64,000 nucleotides of DNA, from contig CBDAOC010000020.1 of assembly GCA_965197925.1 (NCBI GenBank), positions 960,001 through 1,024,000 on the forward strand, in the 5' to 3' direction. The DNA comes from Nitrososphaerales archaeon. Its GTDB lineage: Archaea; Thermoproteota; Nitrososphaeria; Nitrososphaerales; UBA213. A program made the translations under genes and the position numbers. A model generated the notes under the pieces. It had not been told where the DNA came from and searched no databases. It saw only the letters and a program-made list of their open reading frames with translations. This document shows positions 11,071 to 21,958 of this stretch, piece after piece; position 1 is the first letter of the stretch; each line of letters begins with the position of its first letter.

Positions 11071-11114
11071 GGACAGTTCTATAAAAGTCCCTGGACAGTT
11101 CTATAAAAGTCCCT
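11071..11114 (+). repeat. 22-bp tandem duplication
   Basis: GGACAGTTCTATAAAAGTCCCT x2. Confidence 0.9.
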
Positions 11115-11389
11115 AAACTTGAACAGAACCATTCTAGGTCTCTATAGAGGGTTCTATACCAAGACACAATTACTTCAATTTAGATTTGCCATGAGACAAA
11201 CATATGCTGATTTGTTAGTAAGAAAAACAAAATGATCATCGTAAAGGGATGAAAATCATTTCCGAGTTGAATGTAAGTACCCATAATATACGTGAAGAGT
11301 TCTCATCTTAGGAATAGAATCTTTAACCGTTCAAGCATTCAACAACCATCTTGGAAAAGGTTAAATATTCAAATTGACTAATAATATTA

Positions 11390-12400
11390 TTGAATATTTA
11401 TAAGGTAAAATTTCTCCCAAGTTTGGGGAAAATTGCTTTTAATATAGAGGATTCAATTTCCAAGGAAAGACGAAAATTCCTAATACTTACTGCAATCTTC
11501 TTTGTGGGTATTCTGGCTCTTTTCATGACAACTTCTTGGCTCTCAATATCAACAACAAGAGATCAGTTTGGTGCTGCCCCTGTAGGTGCTTACCCAAATT
11601 ATTTTGACTTCATTCCTGAAAATCTTGTAAATATGGCGATGTACTGGCAGTCACCAAATTATATCATAGTTGATAAAGTTGAGTACATTCTTAACACTCC
11701 CCTATTGATTTACGGATCATTTGATCCCGAGTACAGCATGGTTACTGGAGCCTTTCCGGTTACCTTGGGCCAAATAATAAGCGTATTATCAATGTCAATT
11801 CTATTAGGTGTTTACACAAACCTATGGTTGCTTGCCAAGAAGAGAGGTTGTAGAATAGATACTGCAACAAAAGGAACAGGTAGTGTAGCTGGAGGTGCAG
11901 GAGGGGCAAGCGGCATATTCTCCATGCTAATACTTGCAGGTTGCTGTGGTGGAACAGGAATAAGCTTTCTGCTCTTCTCGCTACCAATTCTGGGTTCATT
12001 CTTCAGTGGCTTTTATGCCAATTTTGATACAATGACGGTTTTATTGATCTCAATACCTTCCAACCTGTTGTTAATTGGTTTGATAGCATTCATGGCCAGT
12101 AAGCAGGTTGGAGTGTCCACAGAACAAGAGATAGGAAAACTGGGAGCTAAAGCTTGGTCTAAGGTTGCTATCTATCTTGCTATACCAGTAATATTTCTTA
12201 CAACATTTGCATTGGCACTTTACTGGTGGAATTTGCAATCCATTGCAGCAATAATGTCAGGAATGACAGGAGGTCAACAGAATACAACCATAGCCCTGTA
12301 TGCTACATTACCAATATCTTCATCACTGTTTGTAATGTCAGCAGTTGTACAACTGCAAAGGATGTTCCAAAAGCCAAAAACAGTGACAATTTCAACCTAA
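11390..12400 (+). CDS. Multi-pass membrane protein with GCCGG motif, function unknown
   Basis: About 6-7 hydrophobic segments; LAGCCGGTG. Start codon uncertain. Confidence 0.7.
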   Translation: MNIYKVKFLPSLGKIAFNIEDSISKERRKFLILTAIFFVGILALFMTTSWLSISTTRDQFGAAPVGAYPNYFDFIPENLVNMAMYWQSPNYIIVDKVEYILNTPLLIYGSFDPEYSMVTGAFPVTLGQIISVLSMSILLGVYTNLWLLAKKRGCRIDTATKGTGSVAGGAGGASGIFSMLILAGCCGGTGISFLLFSLPILGSFFSGFYANFDTMTVLLISIPSNLLLIGLIAFMASKQVGVSTEQEIGKLGAKAWSKVAIYLAIPVIFLTTFALALYWWNLQSIAAIMSGMTGGQQNTTIALYATLPISSSLFVMSAVVQLQRMFQKPKTVTIST

Positions 12401-12896
12401 GCTTTTAGGATTAATGAAACACAATAAGGCAAGTCATGAATTTTAGTTCTAAAAAAAGTTTTTTTGAAATCCATAACGGTCATTTATTCTGTTACACTAG
12501 GCCCTTGATTACCATTTATTGATGGTTGGTTGACGTTGCAAAATGTAAGTCTAATATTGATGATTACAACAATACATAGAATCTTTCCTGAAGTTATTAT
12601 TGGATTATTGCTAGTAACCTATTGGAACAGCAAGAGTGCAAAGTTCAGCAAACTAAATTTGACCGATATTTTTACAGATGCTAAAGATTTCATGAATTAA
12701 CATATCATGAATAAAGTGCTTGTCAGAAAGAGTATACGAGGGGAGACATCAATATTTCAAATAGAGAAAATGGTTCACTCCGTATGTATGCGCCGTCTTG
12801 CACGTTGTTGTTTGGAAATGATGGTGACAGATAATTACCAGAAATTGAATTGAAAAATTTATTTATATATTCAAACAACATGAACATTGGTCACAA

Positions 12897-14558
12897 ATGT
12901 CTTCTATTCGTTTACCAACTAATGTTATACCTAATTTCCTTCTAGAGGAAGGAAGCGAGGAGAAGAAGGGTAAGGAGGCTAACATAAACAACTTCACTGC
13001 CACCAAACTTATTGGCCAGATTGTAAAGTCTGCATTAGGTCCAAGGGCGATGGATAAAATGCTTGTTGATTCATTCCATGAGATTACCGTTACAAGCGAT
13101 GGATTAACAATTCTAAATGAGATAGATATAGCGCATCCTATTGGGAAGCTGATGATTGAGATTGCAAAAGGTGTTGATAGGACAGTAGGAGATGGTACGG
13201 TTTCAGTAGTTCTTCTCGTGGGAGCACTCATCGAGAAGGCAGAGGAATTGATCAACATGGGAATCCATCCTACTATAATTGTGGACGGCTTCTTCAAGGC
13301 ATCATTAAGATCCATTGAGATTTTGGACGAAATTGCTGTACATATTGCTCCAGACGAAAAGAATGCTCTTATCAAGGTTGCAGATACTAGCATTCAATCT
13401 AAACTTACATCGGAATACGCTAAGAATCTTCCTCGGATCATTGTTGATGCTGTATTACATATATCCGAAAAGATGGGAAATAACTATAGGGTAAATGTTA
13501 GCAATGTCAAGCTCCAGAAAGAACATGGAGGTTCTATCGAGGATACTCAACTTATCCGAGGAATTATGTTGAACAATGAAGTCGCTCATGAATTCATGCC
13601 AAAAAGGATTGAGAATGCAAAGATAGCGTTATTGAATTTTGTATTGGAGTTGAGCCAGAATCAAGCAAAATTCACTTATAGATACAATATAGAAAATCCG
13701 GAAAAGATGGAGAGGTTCTTCAAGGAAGAAGATGAAATGGAGAAGGCCATGGTAGACAAAATAGTCCAAGCAGGAGCTAATGTGGTAGTCTGTCAGAAAG
13801 GAATGTCTGATCTTATACGTGATTACCTTGCAGAGAAAGGGATACTTGCATTGAGAAGAGTTACGGATCCAGATATGATCAGAGTGTCCAAGGCCACTGG
13901 TGGAAATATTATAACAGATCTCAGGGATCTGACAGATATGGATTTGGGTAGGGCTGGTCTAGTGGAAGAACGGCAAATTGGTTTTGCTAGACCAGTTTTC
14001 ATTGATGATTGTAACAATCCTAAATCGTTAACAATATTGGTGAGGGGTGGTTCGGAACGCGTTGTGGAGGAAGGTGAACGTTCTGTACGTGACGCGTTGA
14101 TGGTTGTGAAGGATGTAATGGAGAAACCTTCAATACTAGCTGGTGGGGGCGCATCAGAGGCCTATGTTGCAAATAAATTAAAAAAATGGGCACTAGAACT
14201 TTCAGGAAGAGAACAGTTGGCTGTTCAGAAGTTTGCGGCGGCTTTGGAAATAATCCCTCAAGTGTTGGCAGAAAATGCTGGCATGAATCAAATAGATACG
14301 ATGAATGAACTGAGAGCCAAGCAGAGCCGAGAAAAGTGGATAGGGATAGATGGGAGAGGTAGAAGGATCACAAATATGATGAAAATGGGGGTAATAGAAC
14401 CGGTTGTAGTAAAGCAACAGATCATTGATTCCGCGACGGAAGCTAGTGCCTTGATTTTGCGAATTGATGAGGTCTTTTCAAAACCAAAGAACAAGGATCA
14501 GGCAAAAAGGATGAAGGGCCTTGATATTGATGAGAAGGGTATTGAAGGAGATAAATAG
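12897..14558 (+). CDS. Thermosome (group II chaperonin) subunit, divergent
   Basis: LGPRAMDKML, TSDGLTIL, VGDGTVS, CQKG, GGGASE, LAENAG, ILRIDE. Confidence 0.95.
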   Translation: MSSIRLPTNVIPNFLLEEGSEEKKGKEANINNFTATKLIGQIVKSALGPRAMDKMLVDSFHEITVTSDGLTILNEIDIAHPIGKLMIEIAKGVDRTVGDGTVSVVLLVGALIEKAEELINMGIHPTIIVDGFFKASLRSIEILDEIAVHIAPDEKNALIKVADTSIQSKLTSEYAKNLPRIIVDAVLHISEKMGNNYRVNVSNVKLQKEHGGSIEDTQLIRGIMLNNEVAHEFMPKRIENAKIALLNFVLELSQNQAKFTYRYNIENPEKMERFFKEEDEMEKAMVDKIVQAGANVVVCQKGMSDLIRDYLAEKGILALRRVTDPDMIRVSKATGGNIITDLRDLTDMDLGRAGLVEERQIGFARPVFIDDCNNPKSLTILVRGGSERVVEEGERSVRDALMVVKDVMEKPSILAGGGASEAYVANKLKKWALELSGREQLAVQKFAAALEIIPQVLAENAGMNQIDTMNELRAKQSREKWIGIDGRGRRITNMMKMGVIEPVVVKQQIIDSATEASALILRIDEVFSKPKNKDQAKRMKGLDIDEKGIEGDK

Positions 14559-14722
14559 GGAAAGTTTGATTTTGAATGTTCCAAACAACTTTGATGAAGT
14601 AATTCAACTCTCACAAAAATTCTCACAAATTATGGTGAAAGTTCAAGAAATTTAGAATAGTTATAGATCCTCTTTGTAAAAGCAAAGTATTATTAACCCC
14701 TTAAGCGTCTTTAATCTTTACA

Positions 14723-16093
14723 ATGAGCGATGCTGGTAGTCAGAAAGTAAATAGAAGAGGATTTATAAAATGGGCAATTGCCGCTGGAGTCGGAGCAGCC
14801 GCTGTAGCTGGAGGAGTAGGAGCTTATTTCAGTACTCAGAAACAACCCGCACCCGGTCCTGCACCAACTGCACCCGGTCCTGCACCAACTGGTCCATCAC
14901 CAACAGTAACACCCCCACCCGCAACCGCACCAAAAGGAGGTGGAAGATGGGGAAACATTGGTTCTGCGATCAATTTGACAGTTGGGTATCAACCATACTG
15001 TTCGTGCAACTGGGATGCATCATCAAATAGGCAGGCACAACTATGGAAGAAGTATCTTCCATCGGGTAGTAAAGTGGATTGGTTTGAAGCGTTATCTGGG
15101 CCACTCTTGAACAATAATCTTGTTGCTGGAAAGAATGCTTTCATATACGCATGTGATACACCTGCGTCTAGAACATTCGAAACTGCACCTGCGACTTGTA
15201 TAACATATCAATGCTATGAATACGCTGATGGAAAATACTTGTCAGATGTGTTAGGACGAAAGCCGAGTACAGGGGTAGGCGGTAGAAAAAGGATGAGTGC
15301 TGATGGTTCAAGGGAAGTACCAAAGACATTCATGAGTCCTTTGCTTGGAAGAACTGATCTGGTAAAGTCTGGTGAGATTAAAGGTCCTGAAGATTTTGAT
15401 GGAAGGAAGATTGGAGTACCAATGGGTTCGTATTCACATAGGCAGGGAGAAATCATCAGAGACACATGGGGAGTAAATCCAGTTTATCTTGACCAGTCAA
15501 TAGAGTTGCACGTAGCTCAGCTTAGGGCAAAGCACATAGATGGCGTGCTGACTTGGGGTCCGTATCCAAGGTGGATCGAGCTGCAAGGTTTAGCAGAAAT
15601 ATTGGTAGGATCACCAGAAATGCCTTGTAGTTGTACCACAGGAACACATTTCCATCATGCGGGTGTCGTATGTGGACTAGAAGAAATTGTAGAACAGAGA
15701 CCTGATGTAATAAAGGCTTGGGTTTCTGCAGAAGAAGACGCTAGAGCAATTAGGGCTGCTGATTATGCCAATGGCACAAATAAGACGGGAGACCTGGTTG
15801 CAAGTGATACACCGGAGGTACCTCGTGAAGCCATAGATATAACAATAGAAGAGTTTGCGCCTGATGCCTACATGTATTATCCAAAGAATTTGCAGCATTA
15901 CAAAGAGATGTGTGATCACTGGAGAAAAGTAGGAGTCCTAAAGGGTAAGAAGAGTGAGGATATGGACTTTTACGTAAATAACTATGCCTTTGGGCCACGT
16001 GTGAAAGTGATCTATGATGAGGTCTTGGAAGAGAGAGAAAAGGCAGGTCTTCATCACAGCGGTGACGGCGAAATAGTAAACAAGTACTGGTAA
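14723..16093 (+). CDS. Tat-exported ABC substrate-binding protein (NitT/TauT/SsuA-like)
   Basis: NRRGFIK twin-arginine signal, Pro-rich linker, VGYQPY, GRKIGVPMGS, TWGPY; first gene of the ABC operon. Confidence 0.85.
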   Translation: MSDAGSQKVNRRGFIKWAIAAGVGAAAVAGGVGAYFSTQKQPAPGPAPTAPGPAPTGPSPTVTPPPATAPKGGGRWGNIGSAINLTVGYQPYCSCNWDASSNRQAQLWKKYLPSGSKVDWFEALSGPLLNNNLVAGKNAFIYACDTPASRTFETAPATCITYQCYEYADGKYLSDVLGRKPSTGVGGRKRMSADGSREVPKTFMSPLLGRTDLVKSGEIKGPEDFDGRKIGVPMGSYSHRQGEIIRDTWGVNPVYLDQSIELHVAQLRAKHIDGVLTWGPYPRWIELQGLAEILVGSPEMPCSCTTGTHFHHAGVVCGLEEIVEQRPDVIKAWVSAEEDARAIRAADYANGTNKTGDLVASDTPEVPREAIDITIEEFAPDAYMYYPKNLQHYKEMCDHWRKVGVLKGKKSEDMDFYVNNYAFGPRVKVIYDEVLEEREKAGLHHSGDGEIVNKYW

Positions 16094-16326
16094 AAAGAAA
16101 AATAACATTTTTTTTTATTTTATACTTTGACTAGAGGATTTTATTTTTTATTTATACATTGACTTGAAATCTTATTTCGTTTTCTATACTTTGACTAGAA
16201 GATATTATATTTCCCAAATTACAATTTCATGTTACAATTTCATGTTTTTTATTCGTCTCTCATTAGTGGAAGGTATTCTTTTTATACTTTAATTATCCTA
16301 AGGATGGAAGGAGAATCAAGATAGCT

Positions 16327-17169
16327 TTGACTAGTCAAAAACAGAAGGACGCAATGCCAGCAGGACTTCCCGCAGAAGTTGTGAACAAACTAAAGCAAGA
16401 TTTAGTTCAAGAAAAAACAGATAAGAGTAAATCTTCTGTTACGATGGTGATTTCTATCTTGGCCGCAACTCTGGGGTGGTGGATTGCTTCTAATACTATT
16501 GTTCCAAATCTTCCTAATCCTGGAGAATTTATAGAAGCGTCGATTGTGGCGGTGCAAGATCCATGGTTTTACAAAAGTATTGGTTATAGTGTTGCTAGAG
16601 TTTATGGAGGATTTTCATTAGGATGTTTGGTTGGGATCCCTATGGGGCTTATCATGGGGTGGAATAGGACTGCGAATGATTTCATGTTCCCAACATTTGA
16701 GTTGATAAGGCCAATCCCTCCCGTTGCTTGGGTGCCTTTATCAATAATAATAACTGGAGCAATAACTCCAGCCATAATATTCATTACATTCATCGGTACA
16801 TGGTATGTGGTTACCCTAAATTCTGTACTCGGAGCGGAGAGCATTGATCCAAATGTTTTAAGAGCGGCAAGGTGCTTGGGAGCAAATAATAGAAAAATAT
16901 TCTTTAAGGTGGTACTTCCGGCATCTACACCTGCAATCTTTACAGGAATGGTGCTTGGTATGGCTATGTCATGGATCACTGTTGTTGCCGGAGAGATGAT
17001 AGCAGGTGATTACGGAGTGGGGTATTATGCGTGGCAGTCTTATAATTTGATCAGGTATCCAGAAGTGATCTTAGCAATGTTAACTATAGGTGGGCTAGGC
17101 TATTTGTCGAGCATGATGATAAGGAAGGTAAGTCAAAGATATTTGAAATGGAGGGCGCAATATGCCTGA
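16327..17169 (+). CDS. NitT/TauT-family ABC permease
   Basis: RPIPPVAWVPL; EAA-like RAARCLGA; VVAGEMI. Confidence 0.9.
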   Translation: MTSQKQKDAMPAGLPAEVVNKLKQDLVQEKTDKSKSSVTMVISILAATLGWWIASNTIVPNLPNPGEFIEASIVAVQDPWFYKSIGYSVARVYGGFSLGCLVGIPMGLIMGWNRTANDFMFPTFELIRPIPPVAWVPLSIIITGAITPAIIFITFIGTWYVVTLNSVLGAESIDPNVLRAARCLGANNRKIFFKVVLPASTPAIFTGMVLGMAMSWITVVAGEMIAGDYGVGYYAWQSYNLIRYPEVILAMLTIGGLGYLSSMMIRKVSQRYLKWRAQYA

Positions 17170-18016
17170 AACTGAAAGTTTAGCAGGAGGAAGAAAGGGG
17201 CATCTCGTATGTAAAAATGTGACGAAGATATACGATCCCCTTGGAGTGAACGTTCTTGCCGTAGACCATTGTGACTTGGAGCTAAAACCAGGTGAATTTC
17301 TTGCCATTGTTGGACCTTCTGGTTGTGGAAAAACCACATTACTAAATATGATTTCTGGCTTTGATACGGTAACCGAGGGGGAGATAACACTTGATGGAGA
17401 AGTGATTGGATCTCCACAGATTAAGAAACTAAAACCAGGACCAGACAGAGTAGTGGTCTTCCAGGCAGGTGGTCTTTTCCCTTGGATGACCATAGTTCAG
17501 AATCTTATGTTTGGACCAACAGTACAGGGGATGTTGAATAAAAAGGAAGCGCATAAAAAGTCGATGGATTTACTCACACTTGTTGGTATGCAAAACTTTG
17601 CAGACTATTATCCTTTAAGGGTATCATCCGGTATGCAGAGAAGAACGGAAGTAATTAGGGCTCTTATGACGGATCCGAAGATCGTTTTACTTGATGAGCC
17701 CTTCAGGGCTATGGATACGCTTACCAAATCAATTGTGCATGAGCATGTCCTAAAAATCTTCAGGATGACCAAGAAACCATTTTTCTTCATCACCCATGAT
17801 TTGGATGAAGCAATCTTCTTATCAGACAGAGTTTTCATCATGACTACTCGTCCAGGAAGGCTCAAGGATAGTATAGAGGTTAATCTACCAAGGCCTCGTA
17901 CTCTTGATATGATGGCAAGTGATGAATTCTTGGAGTTAAAGAAAAAAGTTTTTGTTCTTGTTCATGAGGAAGCTCAAAAGGCGTTCATACGTGGAGAACG
18001 GGAGATGGCTACCTAG
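17162..18016 (+). CDS. NitT/TauT-family ABC ATPase
   Basis: GPSGCGKT, VSSGMQRR, LLDEPF, ITHDLDEA, LPRPR. Confidence 0.92.
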   Translation: MPETESLAGGRKGHLVCKNVTKIYDPLGVNVLAVDHCDLELKPGEFLAIVGPSGCGKTTLLNMISGFDTVTEGEITLDGEVIGSPQIKKLKPGPDRVVVFQAGGLFPWMTIVQNLMFGPTVQGMLNKKEAHKKSMDLLTLVGMQNFADYYPLRVSSGMQRRTEVIRALMTDPKIVLLDEPFRAMDTLTKSIVHEHVLKIFRMTKKPFFFITHDLDEAIFLSDRVFIMTTRPGRLKDSIEVNLPRPRTLDMMASDEFLELKKKVFVLVHEEAQKAFIRGEREMAT

Positions 18017-18832
18017 ATGACAGAGGCTCCGAAAAGATCCGCAATGTCCAAAAAAATGGAGAGATTCAGAAAATCACTATTTTCAGTACAAACTGCAAAG
18101 AGATTGTCTGGTATAGCAATATTTGTAATTGTATGGGAACTAGCTGTTCAGCTAAACGTACCGGGTATTTCAAATGTATCAAAGCCTTCAGATGTTATTA
18201 TTGAATTTTTACAATTTTTCTACCATGAAGAGTATTATTTGAGTGTACTTGGAAGCATGAGAAGAGTAGCCTCAGGTTACATAATAGCCGCTGGTGTAGG
18301 TGTTCCTATTGGCCTATTAATGGGTATGAAAATAGGTTTTAAGAATTGGACATTCCCCACGTTCGAGGTCTTGAGACCAGTACCTCCAATAGCTTGGATT
18401 CCATTAGCAGTAATAATGTTCCCTACAGTAGAGTCGAGTGTTATCTTTCTAATTTTCATAGGCGCATTCTTCCCTATAGTCATCAATAGTATGTTGGGTG
18501 TACTTACACTTCCAGAACACGTGAAGAGAGCAGCGCTTTCTCTGGGTGCTAGTGGTAAAGACCTTTTCAGGTCTGTTATACTACCTGGTTCGATGCCTTC
18601 GATTGTTACAGGTATGACGATAGGAATGGGTCTAACATGGGACATGGTTGTTGCTGCAGAGATGGTAGCAGGTGGACACGGTTTGGGTTACAATCTTTGG
18701 TACTCTTATATTCTTCTTCAATATGATAGAGTTATCTTGTACATGGTATCAGTAGGAGCAGCAGGTTATTTGTTCAGTGCAATAATACGAAGAGCTGGTC
18801 ACAAGTACTTGAAATGGAGGTTGACATTCTAA
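18017..18832 (+). CDS. NitT/TauT-family ABC permease (second)
   Basis: RPVPPIAWIPL; RAALSLGA; VVAAEM. Confidence 0.9.
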   Translation: MTEAPKRSAMSKKMERFRKSLFSVQTAKRLSGIAIFVIVWELAVQLNVPGISNVSKPSDVIIEFLQFFYHEEYYLSVLGSMRRVASGYIIAAGVGVPIGLLMGMKIGFKNWTFPTFEVLRPVPPIAWIPLAVIMFPTVESSVIFLIFIGAFFPIVINSMLGVLTLPEHVKRAALSLGASGKDLFRSVILPGSMPSIVTGMTIGMGLTWDMVVAAEMVAGGHGLGYNLWYSYILLQYDRVILYMVSVGAAGYLFSAIIRRAGHKYLKWRLTF

Positions 18833-19605
18833 TGTCTACGAAACAGCACTATAGCGAAGTAACAATGAGGGGAGTTTACAAGGTATACAAGAATTTGGAA
18901 GTTCTAAGAGACGTTTCATTCGATATACCTCGTGGAAAGTTTACGTGTATGGTGGGACCGTCAGGATCAGGAAAGTCTACCATAGTGAACATTTTGGCTG
19001 GTTACCTCCAACCTGACGGTGGCTCGACGCTGTTAGATGGCAAGCCTCCAGGGCCACCTGGTGCTGAAAGAATTGTAGTATTCCAGGAGACAGCCCTCCT
19101 TCCATGGAGGACACTGATGGAGAATACACTTTTTGGTCCAACACTCCAGGGGTTAGACAAAGTGGAGTCACGAAAGAAAGCACAGGCGTTGATAGACAAG
19201 TCTGCCCTTACAGGATTTGAAAACAAGTATCCAGGTCAGCTCTCTGGTGGGATGCAGCGTAGGGCTGAATTGATTCGTGCTCTTATCAATGAACCGCAGA
19301 TCATGTTTATGGATGAGCCCCTCAGAGGTTTGGATGCTATGACGAGGGAGATAATGCAGGAGTATATTATAAAGATGTACGAGGAGTCGGGAATGACGGT
19401 ATTGTTTATTACCTCAGAGTTGGATGAAGCAATTTACCTTGGAGACACTGTATATTTTCTTACAAAGCCTCCCGGCCATGTAAAGTATAAAATGGATATA
19501 GATCTACCAAGGCCTAGGAAAAATGATGTCTTGATATCCAAGAAATTCTTTGAATACAAGGCAGAGGCTATCAAGATAGCTTTGGAAGAGAGAGAAAACA
19601 TTTAA
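18832..19605 (+). CDS. NitT/TauT-family ABC ATPase (second)
   Basis: GPSGSGKS, LSGGMQRR, FMDEP, ITSELDEA. The ATG overlaps the upstream TAA (TAATG). Confidence 0.92.
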   Translation: MSTKQHYSEVTMRGVYKVYKNLEVLRDVSFDIPRGKFTCMVGPSGSGKSTIVNILAGYLQPDGGSTLLDGKPPGPPGAERIVVFQETALLPWRTLMENTLFGPTLQGLDKVESRKKAQALIDKSALTGFENKYPGQLSGGMQRRAELIRALINEPQIMFMDEPLRGLDAMTREIMQEYIIKMYEESGMTVLFITSELDEAIYLGDTVYFLTKPPGHVKYKMDIDLPRPRKNDVLISKKFFEYKAEAIKIALEERENI

Positions 19606-20602
19606 GATTTATTATCAATTAGCAATAGGAAGTTAATAGCCTTCGTAAACAAGTCATAAGAGATTGTTAATCTCGACTTTCCCGACCTTCTCTCCCTGTA
19701 ATATGTATAATTGTAGGCGGAGTCACTTAACCAGTAGCACCAAGCAAAGGAGCATGACCTAATTCGTTGACTAGTGGTAAATTTCTTGATCGTTGAAGCA
19801 AGGGAACGGATAGAAAAAAACTTGACAAAGTATAGAATAGACCCTAGTAAGATTATGGAAGGCTAGGGATTTTTCGTCAATAGATTTTTACACTTAATAG
19901 GTTTACAGGTAATAGGATAAGATCCACTGAGCTTCTTGATTGGCAACTTAAGTAGATTTCCAGGCTATAAGCTACCAAAGGGAAAGAATGTGGTCTTGAT
20001 CAGAAGATGAATAGTTGTTGGCGATAATATTGTCGATATTGAAAATACAGAATTCATACATATTAAATGGCCTACAAAAAATCAACAAATTAGTAAAGAG
20101 ATGGTCGAGGTTTTGGGAGCAAGTGATTAGACAAAACTTCTAATAGAGAAACATCAATAAAAAAAAATTCCAAAGCCTTGAATAACCTTGTATAGGATTC
20201 ATTATCCACCACGTCCAGGACTATATTTTGATAGGGATCCATCATTCTCCATACATATGTCGGTGCAATATTTGCAGCGGTTAATTACACAACTTACCTG
20301 ATGAAACCATAAATATAGCCTCTTTAAGCCTCATGAAAAACTAGACATTTGGTACAAAAATTGGAGATATAGATTCTTTTTGTTCGATTCTGTATTGTTA
20401 TGAATCTATTTTTTCCCTGTCACTCTTATCTTTTATACGGTTTCGCACATTCCAAACACTATTCATTAGCACCAATATCCCATAAGCTCTCGTTTCTGGT
20501 TTATTACTTGCATGAGTCAATTTTCATTTTATATAATATAGATAACAGGCCAGTCCCATAGACTTAACAGTTATAAATAAGGATGGCCCTAATTGTGGAT
20601 AC

Positions 20603-20890
20603 ATGGGTCCTCTATTCGTAGCTGGATATGAATGGATACTGATACTGGTGGCTGTTGGCGTGTTATTTTTCGGAGCCAAGAAGATACCACAAATAGCTAG
20701 GTCTATAGGAAAGGCAGAATCTGACTATGAAAAAGGAAAGCTCGAAGGAAAGAAAGAGATTGATAAAGTGTTGGGATCTGATGAGCGATTGAAGCTTGTG
20801 AAGGTAGCTGAAACGGTGGGCATAGAATCTGAAGGATTGAGTGATGAGCAGTTAAAACAAGCCATAAACGATGCATTGTCTAAAAAATAA
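20603..20890 (+). CDS. tatA: Twin-arginine translocase TatA/E subunit
   Basis: TM followed by FFGAKKIPQIARSIGKA. Confidence 0.9.
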   Translation: MGPLFVAGYEWILILVAVGVLFFGAKKIPQIARSIGKAESDYEKGKLEGKKEIDKVLGSDERLKLVKVAETVGIESEGLSDEQLKQAINDALSKK

Positions 20891-21034
20891 TATTTGAAAT
20901 CTGAATAGCTATTTTCCTTAATTAGCTATATAGATATTTTATCAGTATTGAAGTATAATATATCATTAATCGGTATTGTCTAGGTTGTAAGAGATTTCAT
21001 CTAGATTTTAGTAACCAATTGAACAATGACAGAC

Positions 21035-21958
21035 TTACACTATTGCTAGAAGTATCAAACTAATAGCAATAGAGACCACTAAACCCGCTGCAGGACTTAC
21101 TCCCCATCCGATCAGTATGCCTTTTACGACTCGATAGTTGACACTCTTTTCCCCCTTTCCTATACTAGATCCAATTAACCCACTGATCATTGTTTGATTA
21201 ATCGAAGCATTATAGCCCATCAGATTAACTCCAATTATTGTTGAGGCTTTAGCTATCTGCGCACTGCTAGCCACATCCATCTTCATCTTCACTATTTCTT
21301 TACTAACTCTAGCTAGAACCCTACGGCCCCAAGTCAATACACCTAATGCGATGAACGCTCCACCAATAAGGCTTGAAAATAATGTATCAACATAGTCAAG
21401 AGCGACAAGCATGGCCACTGCATTGCTGACATCGTTGGAACCTACGGAGAAGGCGGAGTGCATAGAAGAGCCAATAACAAGATACCTTAACCATTTTTCC
21501 ATTCCATTCTTAGGGATCAATCTTATCAACAAGAGTCCAAGCAAAAATGCTGCTATGGGAGCCGCTGCCCAAAAAAGTATAAGGTATAAGAGTACCTCAA
21601 TGTTCAAAGTCAAACCACCAACCAAAGCCGCACCTACTAGTGAGAATGTAAATAGTTGGATTGTCGATGTTGGTATTTTAAGATATGTAAAAGCGGTTGT
21701 TGTAAGGGCAGCAGAGAGAAGAGCAGCAGCAACAGCAACCTCATTAAGACTGCTGACAATATTGAAGGCATAGGTTTCCTGTACCTTAAAGCTAAGGAAA
21801 GCACCGGCAAAGGCAAGGATAGCCATGATCTTCAGGGCTTTTGATTGGCGTAGCAGCCCGGAACCTACCACGGGTCCAAGTGCAGCCCCAGTATAATGGG
21901 TTCCTATAGCCCAAGCAAAGTAGAGACTCGCGATCCATATTACGATGGTTAACGACAT
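21035..21958 (-). CDS. PiT-family inorganic phosphate/anion transporter
   Basis: About 10 TMs; IPTST; GSNDVSNA. Start set at the ATG at 21958. Confidence 0.85.
   Translation of the reverse strand: MSLTIVIWIASLYFAWAIGTHYTGAALGPVVGSGLLRQSKALKIMAILAFAGAFLSFKVQETYAFNIVSSLNEVAVAAALLSAALTTTAFTYLKIPTSTIQLFTFSLVGAALVGGLTLNIEVLLYLILFWAAAPIAAFLLGLLLIRLIPKNGMEKWLRYLVIGSSMHSAFSVGSNDVSNAVAMLVALDYVDTLFSSLIGGAFIALGVLTWGRRVLARVSKEIVKMKMDVASSAQIAKASTIIGVNLMGYNASINQTMISGLIGSSIGKGEKSVNYRVVKGILIGWGVSPAAGLVVSIAISLILLAIV

Noticed and set aside
19620..20340. Possible gene remnants between the ABC operon and tatA
   Set aside because: Stop-ridden frames with no recognisable family.
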